The notes beneath the pieces were generated by a model that had not been told where the DNA came from, ran no database searches, and saw only the letters and a program-made list of their open reading frames with translations. Source: Octopus sinensis (Eukaryota). Taken from it: a DNA stretch of 64,000 nt. Position 1 is the first letter of the stretch. Every line of letters begins with the position of its first letter. The DNA lies in the NCBI RefSeq assembly GCF_006345805.1, contig NC_043004.1, positions 80,228,001-80,292,000 on the forward strand, given 5' to 3'. Of this stretch, positions 1-11,730 are shown one piece after another. The position numbers were made by a program, and so were the translations under genes.

Positions 1-294
1 TAAACCACTATCTACAGTTTTTCTTCCACCATAACATACATATCGAAGTGAGAAGTGAAAATTGTATTAGTGTAGTGGCATTAAGTCATCATACATTTTT
101 ATTTATCTTAACGTGTTCCAATTATTTTTGAGTTTTTGTTTTTCAAGACGATAGCATGTGACATTTTTTTATAGTGATTCGGTTGCTATTTCTAACAAGT
201 TGATCTATTTCTAGCAGGTGGCCTATCTGTAGTCGAGTTGCTAGAAATAGCAGCTAAATCAATCTCGAAGCTTTTCTACCGTCTTTTCAAAGAG

Positions 295-562
295 GTTAGT
301 GAGATCGCTGACATGAGATTGATGACTGGTGAGATTGGTGATGTCTGAGGTTCATAACTGATGAGATTGACGAATAGCGAGATCGATGACTGGTGAGATT
401 GATGATTAGTTAGATTAATGACTGGTGAGATTGATGGCCGATAACATTTGTGACGAATGAGACTGACGACCAGTTAGATTTTATGACGGATCAGATTGAT
501 AGCCGTTCAGATTGATGACTAATGAAAGTGACTCATGAGATTGTTAACCGATGAGAGTGATG
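295..562. repeat. Degenerate ~16-bp minisatellite (consensus GAGATTGATGACTGGT), roughly 15 copies
   Basis: Recurrent gagattgatgactggt-like units head to tail; abuts the 3' end of the LINE remnant below. Confidence 0.8.
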
Positions 563-599
563 CCATTAACGTACAACTCCAATTGCAGCAAGTCGAGAA

Positions 600-1075
600 C
601 TTACAGCAAGACGTGAGAAAGGTGGGATTTCCAGGGGGTCAACATTCAAGAGAGGAAGGACTGGGTATTTTGAGAGGTTACTGCGTTGCCCGGTGATGCT
701 ATTGGACACAATGTGGGGGATGAAAGGAAGAGAGATAAGTGAGTCGAACCAGTGTGTCGATGGTTCGTGACCAGCTTTTCTCGTGGAGAAGACTTGGCTA
801 TTGTAGTAGCGGTAGAAAAAGCAGAGAGAGGATACAGCATACAGCATGACTGCGAATGACTTCCGGTCCATCAGTCGATTGTCCTTTTCCTAGAGACTAT
901 TGAGAGTGTTTTTGTGTGCAAATGCAATGCTGTGCTACCATAGATGTAGGAGCAACTATTTATTGTGGATCTCACGTGAGTTTTGTAGAAAACCAGTCAT
1001 ATCGAAAGGAAGAAGTGGGTTTTATCCCTGAACGGAAGGGCAAATGTTTGAGAGGTCGTTGGCGATTAGTAATGT
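600..1075 (-). mobile_element. Degraded CR1/L2-like LINE, C-terminal part of RT ORF
   Basis: Across frameshifts the minus strand reads FYKTHVRSTINSCSYIYGS ... AVSSLCFFYRYYN ... QSFLS..TPWKSHLSHV. This matches the typical CR1/L2/Crack end LYKAQVRPxLEYCSHIWG ... VASLSLFYRYY ... SFFPRTxxLWNSLP. Confidence 0.6.
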
Positions 1076-1083
1076 CTAGCCAC

Positions 1084-1492
1084 GGTCGGCGAGCTGGCAG
1101 AAACGTTAGCATGCCGGGCGAAATGCGTAGCCGTATTTCGTCTGCCGTTATGTTCTGGGTTCAAATTCCGCCGAGGTCGACTTTGCCTTTCATCCTTTCA
1201 GGGTCGATTAAATGAGTACCAGTTACGCACTGAGGTCGATGTAATCGACTTAATCCCTTTGTCTGTCCTTGTTTGTTCTCTCTGTGTTTAGCCCCTTGTG
1301 GGTAGTAAAGAAATCGGTATTTCGTCTGTGTTACGTTCTGAGTCCAAATTCCACCGAGGTCGACTTTGCCTTCCATCCTTTTGGGGTCGATTAAATAAGT
1401 ACCAGTTACGCACTGGGATCGATATAATCGACTTAATCCGTTTGTCTGTCCTTGTTTGTCCCCTTGTGCCCTTGTGGGTAATAAAGAAATAA
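1084..1492 (+). mobile_element. tRNA-derived SINE family A, head-to-tail dimer
   Basis: Head ggcgagctggcagaaacgttagca, B-box ggttcaaattcc, central domain gtcgactttgcctttcatcctttc.gggtcgat..a.gagtaccag (resembles the Meta/MESC SINE domain as I recall it). Second unit starts ~1314 at ggtatttcgtctg. Confidence 0.9.
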
Positions 1493-1612
1493 GAAGCTTG
1501 CTTCCCAACCACATGGTTCCGGATTCAGTTCCGCTGAAGTGTCATCTACATAACCTCCACCGACCAAAACTTTGTGAGTGGATTTGGTAGACGGAAACTG
1601 AAAGAAGCCCTC
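1493..1612 (+). mobile_element. SINE family B (CORE-like) fragment
   Basis: aagaagcttgcttcccaaccacatggttcc ... ttgtgagtggatttggtagacggaaactgaaagaagccc followed by (TA)n. Confidence 0.8.
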
Positions 1613-1678
<66 letters not shown>

Positions 1679-2259
1679 ATATGTGTGTATGTATCTATTT
1701 GTATGTATGCATTTCGTCCGGCGTGCTAACGTTTCTGCCAGCTCGCCGCTTCTTACCACATAGCCGCTACTGCGCCTATTCTAATTATAAAAATATAATA
1801 ATAGGATTTTTAAATCATCGAATGTCTACGAAGGTCCATCCGAGCAAAATAGGAATAGAAGGGATCCATGGGTAAAAGATGGTTGAGAAACAGAAAAATG
1901 GTTGAGAAAAATGATGTATAAGAGCAACATTTAATATATTAGGTCCATCTACGCATTTCCGTCTTTCTTTACATTTCCAATATTATTCCAATATGGAATG
2001 ATATTCTTCTTTTAGTCAACAATATAAGCGTACAAATTATAGAGTAATTTTCTGCTGCCACGTTTAGTTAGAAGGAATTCCATAGTTACAAAAAGCAATC
2101 AATTAACTGCCGCCTCCAAATTTAATATCGCCCAAAGTTCAACGCAGATGACAGTAATGGCGTCACTGTCATACAAGTAAAATGCAGGTGAAATGAAAAA
2201 CCGAAACGGAAACAATGAAATGACGAAATGTATTTAGTTTCTGTATATAACGAGAGAAG

Positions 2260-2538
2260 AATATATATACATACAGACATACGCACATACATACATACAT
2301 ACATACATACATACATACATACATACATACATACGTACATATATATATATGTATATATATGACTGTATATGTATATATATATACTCTTGTATATATGTGT
2401 ATGTATATACATATATCCATATATTTATATAAATTACTTCTTATATCGTTAAATACATTTATACTTATTACTTGTACACACACACACACACATACACGCA
2501 CATATATATATATATCTATAACATTTTATATCGTTCTA

Positions 2539-2585
<47 letters not shown>

Positions 2586-2604
2586 AGAGAGAGAGAGAGA
2601 TAGA

Positions 2605-2640
<36 letters not shown>

Positions 2641-2648
2641 TATACATA

Positions 2649-2684
<36 letters not shown>

Positions 2685-2796
2685 ATAGATAGATAGATAG
2701 ATAGATAGATATATAGATAGATAGATACATACATACATACATACATACATACATACATACATACATACATACATACTTAATATATCTATATTATAT

Positions 2797-2855
<59 letters not shown>

Positions 2856-2865
2856 GACATATGCA
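2260..2865. repeat. Compound microsatellite (TACA)n/(TA)n/(CA)n/(GATA)n
   Basis: Direct inspection. Confidence 0.95.
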
Positions 2866-2994
2866 TATATTTATCGTTGTACAGCTCCACATCCAGTCAG
2901 TATGTTGCTTATATGCAGTTCATATATAATATTCGTTCTTATGAAATAACAAAATTGCGCTCGAGAATTTGAAATTAACAAATAGAAATTGTTA

Positions 2995-3511
2995 CCATTA
3001 TCGACACAAGGCCAGAAATTCAGAGATGTCATCGACCCCAGTGTTCAACTGGTACTTATTTTATCGATCCCGAAAGGATGAAAAGCAGAGTGGACCTCGG
3101 TGAAAATTGAACTCCAAATATAGAGGCGGACAAAATTCCGCTAAGCATTTCGTCCGGCGTGATAACGACTATGCCACGAAAAAGCGTAGCTTAGCGATTA
3201 AGGTGTTCGACTCATAATCATAATACCATGGGTTCAATTCCCGAACAATACAGTGTGTCGTGTCCTTCGGTAAAGCTCATCATTTTGCGTGACTCAGTTC
3301 TTTTCTACTCTAGGCACAAGGCCCGAAATTTTAGAGTAGGATTCCGGTCGATTAGATCGACCCCAGCGCGTAACTGGTACTTAATTTATCGACCCAGTAA
3401 GGATGAAAGACAAATTTGATCTCGGCGGAATTTGAACTCAGAACGTAAAGCCAGACGAAATACTGCTAAGCATTTCGCCCAGCGTGCTAACGTTTCTGCC
3501 AGCTCGTCGCC
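2995..3511 (-). mobile_element. Two SINE family A copies (2995-3180, 3300-3511) flanking a plus-strand SINE head fragment (3190-3290)
   Basis: Reverse-complement family A motifs actggtactta..ttatcgac.ccgaaaggatgaaa and gctaacgtttctgccagctcg. Confidence 0.8.
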
Positions 3512-3955
3512 TTCGCGTGACTTAGTTCTATTCAACCGTGTCCCAGCCGGGTGCGGGTGTAACCCTATTTCACCCTCCAGCTCTCGTCCTCCGAATGTTC
3601 CATTCGGTGATCAGTAGGAGGACGGACAGAGCATCTACGTTTGCTCACAATTACATAAGTACCTAAATTAATTTCAGTGACCCTTGAAATACTATTATAG
3701 ATCCCCAATTTATTATTTTATTATGTGGACATTCCCACCGCCCCAGTCTTATATCGACCCTCAGGGACTATATCGACCCTGTTTGTGAGCCACTGCTTTA
3801 GAGTAAAGCGTTAGGTGAGTACCGAGTTCAATATCAGTTCATAAATAACAAAAGAACAGAAATCACATAACCAACATTTTAATGGCTCTAACGAAGCTAT
3901 AGGATATTGCACAAGCACTCAGCTTTGAGAGCACTGCTTCAACAGCAGACACAGT

Positions 3956-4320
3956 GAAGGTGCAATGGCCCAAAGGTTAGGGCAGCGGACTCGCGGTCGG
4001 AGGATCGCGGTTTCGATTCCCAGACCGGGCATTGTGTGTGTTTATTGAGCGAAAACACCTAAACTCCACGAGGCTCCGGCAGGGGGTAGTGGCGACCCCT
4101 GTTGTACACTTTTGCTCTAACTTTCTCTCACTCTTTCTTCCTGTTTCTTGTCCCCGACTTCCTACGCAACCGCTGAGCCTGGATGCGCATTCATCCATCC
4201 GTCGATGCTCTCGGTGTCTGGAGTTGACCTGCTTTCTCTTCTGCGGGTCTTACGAATAGCAAAGGACCACGTTTCGGACTTCTCCCATCTTGCGAGCTCT
4301 GGGACGAAGACCGTTCGCTC
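3956..4320 (+). mobile_element. SINE family C (tRNA-Arg-like head) with tail type 1 and (CAA/CAG)n end
   Basis: A-box tggcccaaaggttagg, gcggactcgcggtc, B-box ggtttcgattcc, shared domain gtgtttattgagcgaaaacacctaa.ctccacgaggctccggcag. Confidence 0.8.
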
Positions 4321-4971
4321 AACAGCAACTGCAACAGCAACAACAGCAAAAACAACTGTAAGCTAACGAAGCTGATTAACTCACTCGTATTCCTTTGATA
4401 ATCATTAATGTGTGTGTGCGTATTTGTGTGTGTGTGTGTGTTCGTGTGTGTGTGTGTGTGCATTTCTTTGTAAGAATACGTAGAAAAACATACGTACAAA
4501 TATAATGAGTATTCGTTCTAATATCTAGACACGGGTTTCCAGCTATACCAGCATGTCGACTTAACTAAACGCGTAAAATGTTCAAACACGGTAATATCCT
4601 TTTCATTGTCTCTACGTTTTCAACATTTATGTCGAAATCCGATTGTATTTGCCAAAATTTCTTTCTCCTCGCAATGATCCTCCGTCTTTTCATGAAATCC
4701 TGGCAAGCTATTTCTATGATATTTCATTCTCATCGTTTGGCAACTCTTAACTTCTTTTTGGCTCTGGCATCTATCAGATTGTCTTGTTGAGTGATGAATG
4801 CGGCGAAGAATATTTACATTTCCGATTCTTATCTTTTATTCGTTCTTACAACAAGTAGTAGCACGGACCAAAACTCACACAACATCTAAATTTACTGGCT
4901 AATTCTTAACATGTCGTGTATGTATGTGTCCGTGTATAATGGAGAATATATAGAGATCAATAGATAGATAC

Positions 4972-5025
<54 letters not shown>

Positions 5026-5066
5026 GATAGATCGATTGATAGATAGATAGATAGATTCATACATAT

Positions 5067-5116
<50 letters not shown>

Positions 5117-5144
5117 GAAATATGTACTTACATACAAGGCCAAA

Positions 5145-5372
5145 GAGGTACGGCGAGCTGGCAGAAACGTTAGCACGCCGGGCGAAATGCGTAGCCGTAT
5201 TTCGTCTGTCGTTACGTTGTGAGTTCAAATTCCGCCGAGGTCGACTTTGCCTTCATCCTTTCGGGGTCGATAATAAAGTACCAGTTACGCACTGGGGTCG
5301 ATGTAATTGACTTAATTCCTTTGTCTGTCCTTGTTGTCCCCTCTATGTCTAGCCTCTTGTGGGCAATAAAGA
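5145..5372 (+). mobile_element. SINE family A monomer
   Basis: Full head, central domain and tail gtctgtccttgtt..ccctct.tgt.tagcc.cttgtggg. Confidence 0.9.
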
Positions 5373-5399
5373 AATATATATATAATAATATATATGTAT

Positions 5400-5443
<44 letters not shown>

Positions 5444-5608
5444 CACACACCCACACACATACATACACGCGTACACGCATACATGTCGAAATTACTTTGA
5501 TTTGCAGCCGACAAATGTTGACAAGGAATGGTTTCTACGTATAATGTTTGGTGTGTTTTATCGATGTCTGGACTTAATTTTTCACTCCCCCCCCCCCACG
5601 TTTATATA

Positions 5609-6301
5609 TCAACTAAATAAGGGGGTATGTGGTTATCTATGTGTGTTTAACTCCGAAAGGCTCTGTAACGGTGCGTCCTCGAGAGAAAACGAATTTGATT
5701 TTCGAAATCTGCGTTCCAAAGACAAGGGAAAAAAAAAAAAATTCTAGCTTCCAAACCCTGTTTTCTGATTGGGTAAAAATTATCAAACCTCTGCAACATT
5801 TTTCTAAAGTTTTTGTGGAATAAATGAATCCCAAAACCGTTATTTCTGCATCATCAATCCATAAAATGTGTTGATGGGATGAAAAATATTGAAAAACATC
5901 AATACATGCCCGAGTGACAAAGACACGAGAAAGGTACTAGATAGTCGTGGGATGTGCTCGAATCAGTTCTCTTAAATCCGTTTGAAAATTATTTTGAAAT
6001 TATAAAGAGAAATAAATTGCAGATTTGGACTGCCTGTATTATAAAACTATGATATTTCGGAAAACAGCCGAAAATCTTAGGATTTATTCGGGTGTCTGAG
6101 TGGATTGGGAGGGTTTAAAGAAAAAAAAATTATAAGGAATTTCACTCTTGTTTTTAAATTACGTTTCATTTTCTGTATCGAAACAAAGTGGTCATCAACT
6201 TCTAATTTTTTTTTTTAACTGAAGATTTCCATTTTTTTTTTTTTGACCGCCAGGATATTCGATTGTGAAAATTGCCCAGCAACGACGGATTACTCAGCTA
6301 G
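5609..6301 (+). mobile_element. Non-autonomous Helitron-like element
   Basis: Termini TC (5609) ... CTAG (6298-6301) inserted between A and T; GC-rich subterminal segment gcccagcaacgacgga; no TSD or TIR. Confidence 0.55.
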
Positions 6302-6539
6302 TGTGTGTGTGTGTGTGTGTGTGTAAGGCTGGGTACGTGGATACATGTATATACGTGTGTACATAAATATGCATATGTGTGTGTGTATATTTTGTTATAT
6401 CTGTTTGTATCTGCGTGTGTGCATATATATATATGGAGAGAGAGAGAAATAGGTAGATACATGCACGTGAGACGTAAATGCACAAACATCCATAAATATA
6501 TGCATGTAAATTAGACATAGTATATATATAATATATATG

Positions 6540-6570
<31 letters not shown>

Positions 6571-6659
6571 TATATATTATATATATATATATATATATAT
6601 TATGTCTGTCTGTTCTCTCTCTCTTTATATAAATATATATATAATATACATAATATATA

Positions 6660-6780
6660 CAACGGCTTCTTTTAGTTTCCGTCTACCAAATCCACTCACA
6701 AGGCTTTAGTCGGCCTGAGGCTATAATAGAAGATACTTGCCCAAGGTGCCACGCAATGGGACTGAACACGGAACCATATA
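6660..6780 (-). mobile_element. SINE family B fragment
   Basis: cttcttttagtttccgtctaccaaatccactcacaaggc ... acttgcccaaggtgccacgca. Confidence 0.85.
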
Positions 6781-7139
6781 TATATATAGGTGTATATTTT
6801 TATAAGTTGCACATAGTTCATTCTGCCCTAAATTGTTTACCTCATGAAGCATTTCGCTGCTCATTACAATTACGATATCGTCGTATCCAGCAGAACGCTA
6901 TTGTCAAGAGTAAAACATCGACTTCATTCAAATTTTAGCTAAAATAGCTTACCTTTTGATTTTTCTTAAACTATTACGTATTCATTTTAGCTTCATTTTT
7001 CGTAGAAAGAGGAACAAAAATAGACCTAATATATAAACGATCAATGGAATAAATAAACGGTGTGTAAGAGCTCCGTTTTAGAGGGAAAAAATGGCAGGAA
7101 TATGTCGAGAAGGAGAAAAATGGCTGAATATGTATGATA

Positions 7140-7375
7140 TAAAAAGACTTGTCATTACAATAATTTCCCTATTTACATTCACATAAAGGCAAGAGAACAG
7201 AAGACTGATATCGTGTTTCTCGACATGCTGCAGTGAGGTATAAAAAATTCAGCTGAAATAGAGTAAACTAGTTTTGTAAAGATACGCTAAAGATTTTCTT
7301 CAATCAGTGTACGGAAGCAGACGATAGCTCTCTGAAAATTTATATTTATTTGTATGCAGACGATACGGTAAGTAG
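7140..7375 (+). mobile_element. Possible heavily deleted LINE RT remnant
   Basis: Short motifs KTDIVFLD (~7205) and LYADDT (~7350) in the expected RT order; nothing else recognisable. Confidence 0.3.
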
Positions 7376-7379
7376 GTAC

Positions 7380-7701
7380 GTGCGTATGTATGTATGTATG
7401 TATGTATGTATGTATGTATGTATGTATGTATGTATGTATGTATGTATGTATGTATGTATGCATGTATATGTGTGTGTATGTATGCATGCATGCATGCATG
7501 TATGTCATCATTCAGTATATTTGAACATTTTTAACCAATAGAGAAAGAACCGGTTTCTAACCTAGATCCAAGGCTCCTTCATTGGAATTTCAGCATCAAC
7601 AACAGGGTATTTTTGTATGTATCTATATATGTATGTATGTATGATGTATGTATGTATGTATGTATGTATGTATGTATGTATGCATTATGTATATATGTAT
7701 G

Positions 7702-7735
<34 letters not shown>

Positions 7736-8600
7736 TGTATGTATGTATATATGTATGTATATATGTATGTATATATGTATGTATGTATGTATGTATTAAT
7801 GTATGTATGTATGTCTGTCTGTCTCTCTGTATGTATGTATGTATGTATGTATGTATGTATGTATGAATGTAGGTATGTAGCTATGTATGTAAGTGTGTGC
7901 AGATTTGTATTCACTACCACCATCATCATCACTACCACCACCACTATCATCATCATCATCATCATCATCACCACCACCACCACCACCACAACCACCACCA
8001 CCACCATCACCACCACCACCATCACTACCACCACCACCACCAAAACTACTTTCAACAGCACCACCCCGTCACCACCACCTCCACTATCTCCACAAACATC
8101 AACACCACCAACCTCACCACTTTCATCGCTATCACCACCACCATCACCTTCACCACTTCAACAACAACAACAACAACAACAACACCTGGCGACTGCAAAA
8201 TGCCATTTTGTAGTTTTGCTAATGTGGCAAAGTCCATCTAGGTTGTACAACTACAACGCGGTTCTTGTTGTTCTTGTTCTTCATGCTGTTGCAACTTTAG
8301 TAGTTGATATTGTTGTTGTTGTTGTCATTATTTCTGCTTAGCACTGCCGTTCATGTAACAACATCTGGTAGCTATCAGCACCGACGCCACCACCACCACC
8401 ACCACCACCACCACCACCACCACCACACCACCACCACCACCACCACGCCACCGCCACCACCACCACCCACCACCACCACACCAACCACCCCCACACCCCA
8501 CCACCACCACCACCACAACCACCACCACCACACCACCACCACCACACACCACCACCCCCACCAACACACCCACCACCACCAACGCTGCTCTTAGTGTCGT
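7380..8600. repeat. Microsatellite block (TATG)n, (CAC/CAT)n, (CAA)n, (GTT)n
   Basis: Direct inspection; source of the poly-His/Thr/Pro/Val ORFs. Confidence 0.95.
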
Positions 8601-9054
8601 TGAGTATTACTCAAGACATTACAGTTTCAATCATTAAACATCAGTCATAACGCTTGTCGTTCGTCGATGTCGATGTTATTGTTGTTGTTGTTGTTGCTGT
8701 TATTGTTGCTGCTGTTTCTAATAACGTTCTTTCTTTGTAAGCAGAAACTATTCGTTCAAAGACAACCAATCTTTCTCATCTGTCCACTTCGCCTTCTTCT
8801 TTTTTTCTTTTTAACCCTTGTTGTAGCAACTTCCGGTTACATACCAGTCCTACCGGAAGTAGTCATTTCTAATTAGCAGCGCTTTGCAGTAAAAACTAAA
8901 ATAATGAAGATGGCTGAAATGGCGGAATTCTGATTCAAAAAATTTCAATCGGCGGAAGTTTGGTACAAGGTCAGTCGACTTGCTGAGATTTTTCTTTTAC
9001 TTAAGCAGAGACTCTGCACCCACCACACAACTAACGCCTCCCTTTTGATAGACG

Positions 9055-9060
9055 ATGATA

Positions 9061-9096
<36 letters not shown>

Positions 9097-9468
9097 GCGA
9101 CGATGATGATGGTGAAGGTGGTGGTGGTGATGGTGGTCATTATGACGACGACGATGAAGCTCATAGCGATGATGATGAGATAACATCACCACTGCAAAAT
9201 CGAAGACTAACAACAACAACAATAATAACAACATTACCACCACCACAAACAACAACAACAACAACAACAATAATAATAATTATGCTCTCTACAAAAGGCA
9301 GAAGGCCTGAAATCTTAGGGGAATGGGCAATTCGATTACAACAACCCCTCTACATAACTGGAACTTACTTTATCGACTCCGAAAGGATGAAAAGCAAACT
9401 CTACCTCAGCGAAATTTAAACTCAGAACGTAAAGACGGCGTGCTAACGATTCTGCCAGCTCATCGCTT
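9055..9468. repeat. (GAT)n/(CAA)n tract plus minus-strand SINE family A copy (9285-9468)
   Basis: actggaacttactttatcgactccgaaaggatgaaa ... gctaacgattctgccagctc. Confidence 0.8.
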
Positions 9469-9524
9469 TAATAATAATAAAAAAAAAAATAAATAAATAA
9501 TAATAATAATAATAATAATTATAA

Positions 9525-9600
9525 TATAGGGATGATAAAATAAAGGTACCAGGCTTACCATCCCTACTGGAAGTGCAAAAATCGTGTGAAAACAACATCC
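9525..9600 (+). mobile_element. Short 3' fragment of an R4-like LINE
   Basis: Reads KIKVPGLPSLLEVQK after (TAA)n, like the terminal ..PGxPSLxEIQKIVL motif. Confidence 0.4.
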
Positions 9601-9770
9601 ATCCGTGAATTTATTTATTTATTAATTTTTTAAATACATACTTTACCTGTAAATTTGCGTGCGTAATCTGGAAATGCATACAATGAACTTCTCTGCCCTA
9701 GGTGTGCGGAAACACTCGGCGAGAAATGGAGGAAAATTTGAAGAAAGAAAAAAAAAATAATAATAATAAT

Positions 9771-9945
9771 ACATAGAACAAATAGGAGCTGCAATAAAGG
9801 TGGAGCACTTGCAGAAAACAACACTGCTTGGAACCGCTCGAATACTCCGGAAGGTGCTCGAAAAATAAGAGGTGTTACCTTAGTTCACTGGTAATGAACA
9901 GCTGGCACCGTAGTATATCTCCAGCTTTAGAAGCTGTGCAAAGAC

Positions 9946-9947
<2 letters not shown>
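9771..9947 (+). mobile_element. 3' end of R4/Dong-type LINE
   Basis: YIEQIGAAIKVEHLQKTTLLGTARILRKVLEK*, short 3' UTR, (TAA)n on both sides. Confidence 0.85.
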
Positions 9948-10026
<79 letters not shown>

Positions 10027-10027
<1 letters not shown>

Positions 10028-11301
10028 CAGAGGAACCAAGTTAATTATGGGAAGTAGACTCAATAGAAAAAACAAAATCAAGGCAATGAACACATAGGGT
10101 GTTTCCTTAATGCGATACGGCGCAGGTGTTGTTAGGTGGATAAAGAATGAGTTTCAGGAAATGGACAGGAAAACTAGAAAAGTGATGACAATTAACAACG
10201 AGCTACACCCCAAAAGCGATGCTGACAAACTGTATGTGCCTAGAAATGGGCGGAAGAGGTCTCATAGGATTCAAAATTTGTGTTGCCAACGAGAGAAGCT
10301 GTCTGGGTTGGTACATCAAACACCAGGGTGGATCCTTGCTTGCCGCTGTTAAAATTAACAATATGATACTTACCGAAAATACGATGCACCCACAAACGTT
10401 TAAGAAGCAAGAAAGAGTGAACAACTGGAAAATGAAACCACAGCATGGCCAATACCTCAGAGAGATCGAAGGAAAAGACAAGATCAGCACTTGGAGATGG
10501 CTAAGAAAATGTGATCTGAAAGGATGCACTGAGGTATTGATATGCAGCGCCCAGGAACGAGCTCTGAGAACTAATTACACCAAGTTCCAAATAGGAACTT
10601 TGTAGGATGTGTGGCAACGGGAATGAAACAACCTCACATATTGTGAGTGAGTGTAGCGCTCTGGCCCAAAAGCTCTACAAAAGGAGGCACGATAACGTGG
10701 TTAAGTTCGTCCACTGGAGGCTATGTGAAAACTACGGCCTCAAAAGAGCACAGAAATGGTACGAACATGAACCAGAAGGGATCACTGAGAACAAGGAGCA
10801 TATGATACAATCCAATGTGACTCCCTAATCGATGCTCGGAGACCAGATGTTACTGTGGTAGATAAAGGAAAAAAAGGAAACTAAGATCATAGATATTGCA
10901 ATACCTGGAGATGCACGCATAAGGGTCAAAGAACTAGAAAAGACTGAGAAGTACAGACTATTAAAGGATGAAATTTCAAGAATGTGGACTGTGAGGAGAG
11001 TGTCCGTCATTCCAATAGTTGTAGGGGCACTCGGACGAATAACAACCAAGTTCGAGAAATATGTCAGAGAAATCGGAATTGACATGAGAGCAAAGCAAAC
11101 CCGAAAAGCTGCTCTGCTGGGGACAGCTAGGATTTTGAGATTGGTACTTGGATATTGAATGCCTCCCACGATAATTAACAGCCAAGTATCAAAGCTTATA
11201 ATGTGCGGAATGAGACCCTGTGATACCTCTGACGGCAGACTGCTGTCTGCTCTCACAGAATCTACCAGAACAAACAAGACTGAACGTTCTGAGAAGACAA
11301 A

Positions 11302-11302
<1 letters not shown>
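10027..11302 (+). mobile_element. 5'-truncated R4/Dong-type non-LTR retrotransposon (RT thumb, CCHC knuckle, PD-(D/E)xK endonuclease), frameshifted
   Basis: RYGAGVVRW..ELHPKSD..LYVPR..GGRGL; CRMCGNGNETTSHIVSECSALAQKLYKRRHDNV; RRPDVTVVDK..KIIDIAIPGDARIRVKELEKTEKY; LLGTARILRLVLGY* (TGA 11156-11158); flanked by (AAT)n. Confidence 0.92.
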
Positions 11303-11383
<81 letters not shown>

Positions 11384-11405
11384 TAATAATAATAATGATG
11401 ATGAA

Positions 11406-11448
<43 letters not shown>

Positions 11449-11454
11449 GTGATA

Positions 11455-11730
11455 CAATCCCTTAAAATTTGGAGCATGTGAACAGTAAAGGTGGTGCCTA
11501 TAATAATTAATGCGTTGGGAACACTAAACCAAGATATTGACAAATGGCTGGCTGAAGGAGATTGAAATAGAATGCTCTGTAGAGCTCCTACAGCAAGGAT
11601 TATGAGGAGGGCTCTAGGCACCCGAAAGACTGATGAAAACTTGTGGATACCTAGGGTTACCGGTAGTAACCCGATAGCCACATATTTTCTACCAGGAATA
11701 AGACCGAACCCGAGGCAAACCAAAATGATA
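11455..11730 (+). mobile_element. Another R4-type 3' fragment with a different 3' UTR
   Basis: KIWSM*TVKVVPIIINALGTL..ARIMRRALGT; ends in taataataa. Confidence 0.7.

Noticed and set aside
566-871. ORF 566-871 as a membrane protein first exon (GTAAGT at 599-604)
   Set aside because: Better explained as a frameshifted CR1/L2 RT tail (SLCFFYRYY motif with flanking LINE motifs in other frames)
7358-7373. Plus-strand 8-nt micro-exon (gcag|acgatacg|gtaagt)
   Set aside because: Overlaps a YADDT motif better read as RT debris; no partner exons
7579-9419. Poly-His/Pro/Thr/Asp ORFs
   Set aside because: Translations of trinucleotide microsatellites, open in several frames and on both strands
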